DNA of 32,000 bases from Nostoc sp. JL34 (GTDB lineage Bacteria; Cyanobacteriota; Cyanobacteriia; Cyanobacteriales; Nostocaceae), in the NCBI RefSeq assembly GCF_017114945.1, contig NZ_JABXKQ010000066.1, positions 99,242 through 131,241 of the forward strand, read 5' to 3'. Both the position numbers and the translations under genes were made by a program. The notes under the pieces were generated by a model. That model worked only from the letters and a program-made list of their open reading frames with translations. It was not told the origin of the DNA and searched no databases. Position 1 is the first letter of the stretch. Each line of letters starts with the position of its first letter. Below are positions 16,550 to 23,651 of this stretch, in pieces.

Positions 16550-18796
16550 ATGAGCAAAAATCACAGCCCAGAAGAAATTTTACAGAGCATTCTCCGAAAT
16601 GTACAAGTAGGCGGCAATCTGACTACAGGCGATATTACCCAAATCCTGAATTTACTGGTTATTATTCAACAGCCAGACGTTTTCAAACCAAAGGAAATTC
16701 CTCAAAATATTCCTCGTGGTAGTATAGTCAAGTTTGTTGGACGTGCTGAGACTTTAGTGAGTCTGCACGAAAGGCTACAACACAGTTCTCAAGTGGTGAT
16801 TGCTGCGATTGAGGGTATGGGAGGAGTCGGGAAAACAGAGTTAGCAACTCAGTATGCACTGATTCACCTGTTACTCAACACTTACCCAGGTGGTATCTGT
16901 TGGTTACGCGCTAGAGATGAAGATATTGGGCTTCAGATATTGCAGTTTGCCATAGCTAAGTTAGGACTAAAACCACCAGAAGATTGGGATTTACCAAAGC
17001 AAGTTGATTTTTGTTGGTCACGCTGGCACGATGGGAATGTGTTGGTAGTGCTGGATGATGTCAACGATTACCCCAAAGTAGAGCAATATTTACCACCACA
17101 ATCACCCCGGTTTAAGCTGCTAATTACCAGCAGGTTACAGTTAGATTTTTCCCAGTCATTTACTCTAGATGTTTTAAGTGAGTCCGCAGCACTGGAACTT
17201 TTACAAGAGTGGGTGGGAGCAGAAAAAGTCGCACGAGAATTAGAAGATGCCAAAGAAATTTGTCAGCGTTTAGGTTGTTTACCTTTGGCGCTGAATTTGG
17301 TGGGGAGGTATGTGAAAAAGCGGAAAATCTCTTTAGCAGAAATGTTGCGGCGGTTAGAAGAAAAAAAGTTAACTCATGAATCTTTAGCACGGGATGAAAA
17401 AGACTGCACTTGGACGCTGAATGTCAAACGAGGTGTTGCTGCTGCTTTTGAGTTAAGTTGGGAAGAATTAAATGATGATGCCAAGGAGTTAGGTGTTTTA
17501 CTGAGTTTATTTGCTTTAGCTCCTATTCCCTGGGGACTGGTAGAAAGTGTAGAAATGGGGAAAGATGCTGAACAGTTGGAAGATAGCAGAGTTGAGTTAG
17601 AGAGTTTGCATCTGCTTCAAGGTGAGGACAGCTACCAACTACATCAACTCATTCGGGAATTTTTTCAACTCAAGCAGGCTGAGTTCAATCAAGTGGAGGA
17701 ATTAAAGCGATCGCTTTGTCGGGTAATGGTAGCAGTTGCCAAAGAAATTCCTTACACCCTTACCCTGAAGCAAATTAGCGATGTCACCCCCGCTATACCT
17801 CATATAGCTGAAGTAGCGAACAATCTTATTCAATACGTCAGCGATGATGATCTAACTTTACCTTTTATTGGTAACGCTCGATTTTACCAAGGTCAAGGGT
17901 TGTATAACCAAGCTTTACCTTGGTATAACCAGTGTCTAGAAGTTACCAAAAAACGCTTAGGAGAGGAACACCCATTTGTTGCAGAAAGCCTCAACAACCT
18001 AGCTTTACTCTACGAATCTCAAGGCAGATACAGCGAAGCCGAACCTCTTTACATCCAAGATTTGGTACTCACGCGTAAGCTGCTGGGCGAAGAACATCTA
18101 GGTGTCGCCACTAGCCTCAATAACCTAGCTGTACTTTACAACTCCCAAGGCAGATACAGCGAAGCTGAACCCCTTTACATCCAAGCTTTGGCACTCACGC
18201 GTAAGCTGCTAGGCGAAGAACATCTAGATGTCGCCCAAAGCCTCAACAACCTAGCTGTACTCTACGATTACCAAAGCAGATACAGCGAAGCCGAACCCCT
18301 TCACATCCAAGCTTTAGCACTCAGGCGCAAGCTGCTAGGAGAAGAACATCCACATGTCGCCTCTAGCCTTAACAACCTTGCGGGACTCTACTTTCCCCAA
18401 GGCAGATACAGCGAAGCCGAACTCCTTTACACTCAAGCTTTGGCACTCAGGCTCAAGCTGCTGGGAGAAGAACATCCAGATGTCGCCCAAAGCCTCAACA
18501 ACCTAGGGTATCTCTACTCTTTTCAAGGCAGATACAGCGAAGCCGAACCCCTTTACATCCAAGCTTTGGCACTCAGGCGCAAGCTGCTGGGAGAAGAACA
18601 TCCATTTTTTGCCATTAGTCTTAACAATTTGGCAAAACTTTTTCACTTACAAGGAAGTTATACCGAAGCCGAACCATTGTATCTGCAAGCATTAAAGATT
18701 TTTGAGCAACAATTACCGATGAACCATCCTTGGACTGTTAAGTGTCGTGAATATCTGGCAAATCTTCGCGATCGCCTCCCTCCAAATCCAGAATAA
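16550..18796 (+). CDS. STAND NTPase of NB-ARC type with C-terminal TPR array (bacterial NLR-like)
   Basis: Walker A GMGGVGKTELA and Walker B VLVVLDDVND. NB-ARC-like helical region, then at least 6 kinesin-light-chain-type 42-aa TPR pairs (LNNLAxLYxxQGRYSEAEPLY). Only about 60 aa precede the P-loop domain. Confidence 0.9.
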   Translation: MSKNHSPEEILQSILRNVQVGGNLTTGDITQILNLLVIIQQPDVFKPKEIPQNIPRGSIVKFVGRAETLVSLHERLQHSSQVVIAAIEGMGGVGKTELATQYALIHLLLNTYPGGICWLRARDEDIGLQILQFAIAKLGLKPPEDWDLPKQVDFCWSRWHDGNVLVVLDDVNDYPKVEQYLPPQSPRFKLLITSRLQLDFSQSFTLDVLSESAALELLQEWVGAEKVARELEDAKEICQRLGCLPLALNLVGRYVKKRKISLAEMLRRLEEKKLTHESLARDEKDCTWTLNVKRGVAAAFELSWEELNDDAKELGVLLSLFALAPIPWGLVESVEMGKDAEQLEDSRVELESLHLLQGEDSYQLHQLIREFFQLKQAEFNQVEELKRSLCRVMVAVAKEIPYTLTLKQISDVTPAIPHIAEVANNLIQYVSDDDLTLPFIGNARFYQGQGLYNQALPWYNQCLEVTKKRLGEEHPFVAESLNNLALLYESQGRYSEAEPLYIQDLVLTRKLLGEEHLGVATSLNNLAVLYNSQGRYSEAEPLYIQALALTRKLLGEEHLDVAQSLNNLAVLYDYQSRYSEAEPLHIQALALRRKLLGEEHPHVASSLNNLAGLYFPQGRYSEAELLYTQALALRLKLLGEEHPDVAQSLNNLGYLYSFQGRYSEAEPLYIQALALRRKLLGEEHPFFAISLNNLAKLFHLQGSYTEAEPLYLQALKIFEQQLPMNHPWTVKCREYLANLRDRLPPNPE
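17963..18718 (+). repeat. Six tandem 126-bp coding repeats (42-aa TPR pairs) of very high mutual identity
   Basis: Units start at 17963, 18089, 18215, 18341, 18467 and 18593. Long stretches such as GGCAGATACAGCGAAGCCGAACCCCTTTACATCCAAGCTTTGGCACTCA recur nearly verbatim. Confidence 0.9.
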
Positions 18797-18862
18797 GCTA
18801 GTTTTGTGCAAAGCGCACCGTGATAAAACTGAAAAGTGCGATCGCCTAGACTAAAATTCATA

Positions 18863-18896
18863 TTGAATAAGTAAAAATGCCTGATTACTTATTCAA
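18863..18896. terminator. AT-rich hairpin between the NLR gene and the minus-strand repeat ORFs (possible bidirectional terminator)
   Basis: 11-bp stem TTGAATAAGTA / TACTTATTCAA with a 12-nt loop. Low G+C, so the call is weak. Confidence 0.35.
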
Positions 18897-19090
18897 AAGT
18901 AGCTTTTACTTCCTCAAAAGCAGCTTTCAATTTCGCATTTTAGTGTTTTCCACAAGCAAAAGCAGCTTTTACTTTCTCAAAAGCAGCTTTTAATCTCGCA
19001 TTTTAGTGTTTTCCACAAACAAAAGCAGCTTTTGCTTTCTCATTTTGGTGTTTGACGCAAGCAAAAGCAGCTTTTACTTTCTCAAACCCC
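18896..19090. repeat. Tandem repeat of 62/63/42/~28 bp built on the core AAAAGCAGCTTTT
   Basis: Units at 18896-18957, 18958-19020, 19021-19062 (lacks an internal 21 nt) and 19063-19090. The core occurs 7 times. Confidence 0.85.
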
Positions 19091-19253
19091 AGTTTGCTTA
19101 CTAATTTGAGTAATTCACGCATTCATTTTGGTATATCGTTGAGCCGAAAGCTGGCAATCGCACTTATGCAGTTGTGAATGATAGAGAGATGCAGCCCCCG
19201 CAATAAAAAATCAGCTACGATAAATCATATAATTATCTTCACAAAACATAGCA

Positions 19254-19472
19254 ATGTTAATTACATACACTGCAAAATATACAAAAACTAATAGCGGATA
19301 TATGGGACAACTCATTGAATGGCAAGAAGTCATTACAGAAGGAGAAACCTTAGAAGAATGCAGGGCTATGTTACAAGACGCAACCAAAGAAATGATTCTT
19401 GCCTATCGCCAACAAAAGAAAGAAATTCCCATAGGTGATTCTTTGCTCGAACAAATTCCTATAGAGGTTTGA
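19254..19472 (+). CDS. hicB: HicB-family antitoxin (short form, UPF0150-like, no DNA-binding domain)
   Basis: 72 aa, YTAKYTKTNSGYMGQLIEWQEVITEGETLEECRAMLQDA pattern. Overlaps the downstream hicA start by 4 nt. Confidence 0.7.
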   Translation: MLITYTAKYTKTNSGYMGQLIEWQEVITEGETLEECRAMLQDATKEMILAYRQQKKEIPIGDSLLEQIPIEV

Positions 19473-19663
19473 GTGTGTCAGTCAAACGAAAAGAGCTAAT
19501 TAAATACTTAGAACAAAATGGCTTTTATTTATTAAGGGAAGGAGGAAATCATTCAATTTATACTAATGAGATAAAAACTCTTCCTGTAAAACGGCATCGT
19601 ACCATTGATCGTATTACTGCTAATGAGATTTGCAAACAAGCAGGTTTATTACCTAATTTTTAA
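19469..19663 (+). CDS. hicA: HicA-family mRNA interferase toxin
   Basis: 64 aa, KRKELIKYLEQNGFYLLREGGNHSIYTN...ICKQAGL matches the HicA/YcfA pattern. TTG start at 19469 (or GTG at 19475). Confidence 0.8.
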   Translation: MSVSVKRKELIKYLEQNGFYLLREGGNHSIYTNEIKTLPVKRHRTIDRITANEICKQAGLLPNF

Positions 19664-19745
19664 CTGATCTGTTAGTTCATAGTGAAACACTAAAAGCAAA
19701 GGCTACCCTAGAAATCAGTATCACTCAAACCTTGAAGTTTCAACT

Positions 19746-20315
19746 ATGATAGCCTCGCCCCAACAAAACTACGTCACCGTTGAAGAATACCTCCAAATGG
19801 AGGAACAGAGCAATATCAAGCATGAATACATCGACGGCTACATCTACGCAATGGCTGGAGCGCTAGATCCACATGTTACCATTGCTGGAAACCTGTTTGC
19901 TCTCCTCCGTAATCATGTGCGCGACTCTGGTTGTCGTGTTTACATCGCTGACATGAAAGCCAGAATCGAATCTCTGAATCGCTTTTATTATCCCGATGTG
20001 ATGGTTACTTGCGATCAACGAGATCGAGAAACACCAGGTTATAAAAGATTTCCCTGTTTAATTGTCGAAGTTTTATCTAATTCTACCGAAGCCTTTGACC
20101 GGGGCGACAAATTCGCCGATTATCAAACACTCGAAAGTCTGCAAGAGTATGTTTTAATTAATACAAAACGTCAGCGAGTTGAGTGTTTTCGCCGCAATGA
20201 GCAAGGGTTGTGGGTTTTACAATCCTACACAGCAGAGCATCAATCATTTCGACTCAACAGCGTGGATTTTGAGGAAACAATGGCAGCACTTTACGAAGAT
20301 GTGATTTTTGAATAA
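19746..20315 (+). CDS. Uma2-family (DUF820) PD-(D/E)xK endonuclease
   Basis: 189 aa with EYIDGYIYAMAGA, YIADMKARI, YPDVMVTCD and CLIVEVLSNSTEAFDRGDKFADY blocks, typical of the cyanobacterial Uma2 family. Confidence 0.85.
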   Translation: MIASPQQNYVTVEEYLQMEEQSNIKHEYIDGYIYAMAGALDPHVTIAGNLFALLRNHVRDSGCRVYIADMKARIESLNRFYYPDVMVTCDQRDRETPGYKRFPCLIVEVLSNSTEAFDRGDKFADYQTLESLQEYVLINTKRQRVECFRRNEQGLWVLQSYTAEHQSFRLNSVDFEETMAALYEDVIFE

Positions 20316-20538
20316 GCTGTTACATATACAACTTGCACTATCAGGGCGCTCATGTTGCCCACCCCACAATCATATTGAAAAAAATATTAGTGCAAATTAA
20401 AGGCACAACAGCTTAATCAACTCATGATTGGGTATGCTACACAATTTTTAGTAAACTAAATATCTATTAATATCTTCAAGGCTTCCTAACCCGGCGGAGG
20501 CATTGAGCAAAACAGACACAATTGATTGCATAAAAGTT

Positions 20539-22395
20539 ATGGCGCTCATAGTTCAGAAATACGGTGGTACATCTGTCGGTTCAGTCGAACGGATTCAAGC
20601 TGTTGCACAGCGTGTTTATAAAACTGTTAAAGCTGGAAACTCTATCGTCGTAGTGGTTTCGGCGATGGGCAAAACCACCGATGGACTCGTCAAACTAGCT
20701 ACTGAAATTTCTCCAAATCCTAACCGCCGGGAAATGGATATGCTGCTTTCTACTGGTGAACAAGTAACCATCGCCTTACTCAGTATGGCTTTGCAGGAAC
20801 TCGGACAACCCGCAATTTCTATGACTGGCGCTCAGGTAGGAATTGTTACTGAAGCCGAACACAGCCGCGCTCGGATTTTGCATATTGAAACTACTCGCCT
20901 AACTCGCCACATAAATGCAGGTAAAGTAGTTGTAGTAGCAGGGTTTCAAGGCACATCCAGCGCCGGAGAGATGGAAATTACCACTTTGGGGCGCGGTGGT
21001 TCTGACACCTCAGCAGTGGCGATCGCAGCCGCATTAGGAGCAAGTTTTTGTGAAATTTATACAGATGTTCCAGGGATTCTCACTACAGACCCCCGCTTAG
21101 TTGCCGAAGCCCAGTTGATGGATGCCATCAGCTGCGATGAAATGTTGGAATTAGCTAGCTTGGGTGCAAAAGTGCTGCATCCCCGGGCTGTGGAAATCGC
21201 TCGTAACTATGGTGTACCCCTGGTAGTTAGGTCTAGTTGGACAGATCAACCAGGGACTTGGGTGACATCAGCCAAACCCCAAGGGCGATCGCTAATCAAT
21301 CTAGAAATTGCCCGTCCAGTAGATCATGTAGAATTTGACACTAACCAAGCAAAGGTCGCTTTGTTGCGCGTCCCCGACAAACCAGGCGTAGCAGCCAGAT
21401 TATTTGGCGAAATTTCTCGGCAAAAAGTAGACGTAGATTTGATTATTCAGTCAGTTCATGAAGGTAATAGTAATGACATTGCCTTTACTGTCACCACACC
21501 AATCTTAAAACGGGCAGAAGCAGTAGCAACAGCGATCGCCCCAGCACTGAGAAGTCAATCGAACCCCAAGTTGGAAGAAGCCGAGGTAATGGTAGAACAT
21601 AACATTGCCAAAGTCAGCATCGCAGGCGCAGGAATGATTGGGCGTCCTGGTGTCGCGGCAAAGATGTTTGCCACATTAGCCGAAGCAGGCGTGAATATTC
21701 AAATGATTTCCACCAGCGAAGTGAAAGTAAGTTGCGTAGTTGATGCCGCCCAATGCGATCGCGCCGTCCTAGCACTCCGTACCGCCTTTGAAATTGAGGC
21801 AGGGGAGCAGGGGAGCAGGGGAGCAGGGGAGAGTGCGTGTATAGATTCCCCTCTGCCCCTCCGCCCCTCCGCCCCTCTGCCCAATTGTCCTCTAGTTCGC
21901 GGTGTCGCCCTCGACTTAAAACAAGCGCGTCTTGCTATTCGCCAATTGCCAGATCGGCCAGGGATGGCGGCAAAATTGTTTGGATTATTAGCACAGCATA
22001 ATATTAGTGTTGATATGATTATCCAATCTCAGCGCTGTCGGGTGATTGATGGGGTTCCCAGGCGAGATATTGCCTTTACAGTCTCGCAGATGGACGGGGA
22101 AAGTGCAAAAGAAATGCTGATCCAAGTAGCGGCAGAATTAGGATGGGGTGAAGTTGTTTTAGATAGTGCGATCGCTAAGGTGAGTATTGTCGGTGCAGGT
22201 ATGGTAGGCCAACCAGGTGTTGCCGCAAAAATGTTTGAAGCGCTAGCCCAACAGCAAATTAATATTCAAATGATTGCCACCTCAGAAATAAAAACTAGTT
22301 GTGTCGTGGCGCAAGAACAAGGTGTTAAAGCTTTACAAGCCATTCACACTGCTTTTGGACTGGCTGGTAGTGAGAAATTTGTTGTGCCAGCATAG
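20539..22395 (+). CDS. lysC: Aspartate kinase, cyanobacterial long form with duplicated ACT-domain pairs
   Basis: ATG at 20539 gives the canonical MALIVQKYGGTSVGS start (the track uses an upstream TTG). Kinase core is followed by two homologous ACT-ACT regions (VALLRVPDKPGVAARLF... and LAIRQLPDRPGMAAKLF...). Confidence 0.9.
   Translation: MALIVQKYGGTSVGSVERIQAVAQRVYKTVKAGNSIVVVVSAMGKTTDGLVKLATEISPNPNRREMDMLLSTGEQVTIALLSMALQELGQPAISMTGAQVGIVTEAEHSRARILHIETTRLTRHINAGKVVVVAGFQGTSSAGEMEITTLGRGGSDTSAVAIAAALGASFCEIYTDVPGILTTDPRLVAEAQLMDAISCDEMLELASLGAKVLHPRAVEIARNYGVPLVVRSSWTDQPGTWVTSAKPQGRSLINLEIARPVDHVEFDTNQAKVALLRVPDKPGVAARLFGEISRQKVDVDLIIQSVHEGNSNDIAFTVTTPILKRAEAVATAIAPALRSQSNPKLEEAEVMVEHNIAKVSIAGAGMIGRPGVAAKMFATLAEAGVNIQMISTSEVKVSCVVDAAQCDRAVLALRTAFEIEAGEQGSRGAGESACIDSPLPLRPSAPLPNCPLVRGVALDLKQARLAIRQLPDRPGMAAKLFGLLAQHNISVDMIIQSQRCRVIDGVPRRDIAFTVSQMDGESAKEMLIQVAAELGWGEVVLDSAIAKVSIVGAGMVGQPGVAAKMFEALAQQQINIQMIATSEIKTSCVVAQEQGVKALQAIHTAFGLAGSEKFVVPA
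21799..21881. repeat. G-rich octamer array / spacer / C-rich octamer array (imperfect palindrome) inserted in frame in lysC
   Basis: (GCAGGGGA)x4 at 21799-21830, a 17-nt spacer, then CCCCTCTG CCCCTCCG CCCCTCCG CCCCTCTG at 21848-21879. Encodes ...EAGEQGSRGAGESACIDSPLPLRPSAPLPN between the two ACT pairs. Confidence 0.85.
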
Positions 22396-22416
22396 AACTA
22401 AATTTGGAATTGCTGA

Positions 22417-23295
22417 TTATCTATTTTTGGGATGCCATTTTTCCATCATGGCTACTATTTCCGAAAGTCGGCGTTCACCACACCAAACTAAATCAAGTTT
22501 TTTCAGTTGTTCGAGGCTGATACCACCTTCTTCGTCGGCAATGTGGTGATATTCTTTATCTCCCATTGCTGCTAATAAATGCCCAAAGATAATCATTTCA
22601 TCGAACTGGGGATTTGTCTCTGGATCGTTCAAGATTAGCATTGCTCGTTCCTGGGACAGTTCTTGAAGAATATTGAAAATAAATCGTGTGGGAAAGTCCG
22701 CATCCTGAAGTTGAGGGTGACGCGACACTAATCCAGCCAACAGCACTCCTAGATAAGCCGCTGCTTGGGAATTATTTAGTACCTGCATCTGTTGGCTGGC
22801 AATCTCAGTCAAATTGGTAAAAAATGCACACCCTAACTGCTGTTCAATGGTAGTAACTGGATCTAAGATTAGCGAGGATTCTAACTGTGCTTCAAATGAT
22901 GCCCGATGCTCCTGTGGCACTTGGCTAAGTAAGATTTGCTTGGCGCGATCGTTTACAATAATCCTGCTATCAGATCCAAAGCTAAAGTCTTTGCCAGGTT
23001 CTAAACCCGCACCCAATAAGGTTTGAAAGACGTTACTTTGAGCTTTTTCCCCCATCTGTTGATATTGGGCTTGTCCAAGAAAAATTTGACAAAACCAACT
23101 GTGGCTGTCAGAATCGCATTCGAGCATTACCTGGTTAACAATCAAATTAGTTAACTTATCCGATCCCAGAATAGGTTGCCACTCTCCAATCAAACTCTTA
23201 ACGGCAGATGTATCGCGTTGATTCAGCGCCTTGAGCAATTGACGCTTCGCGGTAGCTGCTAAATCTTTTTTTTGCCTAAAGATGTTAATTTTCAA
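22417..23295 (-). CDS. Hypothetical protein (no recognisable domain)
   Basis: 292-aa ORF convergent with lysC, with stop codons 21 nt apart. TTG start as given by the track. The first in-frame ATG is at codon 57, so the start is uncertain. Confidence 0.5.
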   Translation of the reverse strand: MKINIFRQKKDLAATAKRQLLKALNQRDTSAVKSLIGEWQPILGSDKLTNLIVNQVMLECDSDSHSWFCQIFLGQAQYQQMGEKAQSNVFQTLLGAGLEPGKDFSFGSDSRIIVNDRAKQILLSQVPQEHRASFEAQLESSLILDPVTTIEQQLGCAFFTNLTEIASQQMQVLNNSQAAAYLGVLLAGLVSRHPQLQDADFPTRFIFNILQELSQERAMLILNDPETNPQFDEMIIFGHLLAAMGDKEYHHIADEEGGISLEQLKKLDLVWCGERRLSEIVAMMEKWHPKNR

Positions 23296-23550
23296 TTTTC
23301 TATATAGGGTTATAGATAATTCAAATTCAAATTGTTATTTTTCTACCCCATTCGATGATTAGGTGTCATGAGTGGGATTGCTGAAGAGTAAGGAGCAAAA
23401 TAACCCCCTTATATACGCATCCATCTTTTCAAGTTTCTTTTAATACACACATGCTACTTAAATTTGGTAATATGTAACCGTATTAAGTCTGTAACATTCC
23501 GCTCATCAATAACAATATTAGCTAATAACTAATACTTTTATCTGCCAAAA

Positions 23551-23599
23551 TGGCATTGATTTTTTTAAAAAAATATTTTTTTTAAAAAAATCAATGCCA
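23551..23599. promoter_or_regulatory. 49-bp near-perfect AT-rich palindrome in a divergent promoter region
   Basis: TGGCATTGATTTTTTTAAA (23551-23569) is the exact reverse complement of 23581-23599. The central AAAATATTTTT is itself nearly symmetric. It lies 52 nt upstream of the kinase ATG. Confidence 0.6.
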
Positions 23600-23651
23600 G
23601 CAATAACACGTCAGCTATAATCAAATAATTTATAAAACTATATTTATATTG

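Noticed and set aside
18658-18861. 67-aa minus-strand ORF overlapping the NLR 3' end; likewise 22301-22549, 26806-27015 and 29683-29910 at other gene ends
   Set aside because: These are short ORFs straddling stop regions or terminators of supported genes. They have no start context and no recognisable sequence features.
18896-19090. Possible CRISPR array (regularly spaced AAAAGCAGCTTTT cores)
   Set aside because: The sequences between the cores are themselves repeated (63-bp units nearly identical), so there are no unique spacers. The core is only ~13 nt, and no cas genes or leader are present. This is a plain tandem repeat.
20503-20538. N-terminal extensions proposed by the ORF track (lysC TTG 20503; also 3033 for BON, 9604 for the orphan gene, 15444 for Tudor-like, 23649 for the kinase, 29272 for the PIN partner)
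   Set aside because: In each case an internal ATG gives the family-typical N-terminus or signal peptide and has a better Shine-Dalgarno-like sequence. The upstream non-ATG codon was probably chosen only because it yields the longest ORF.
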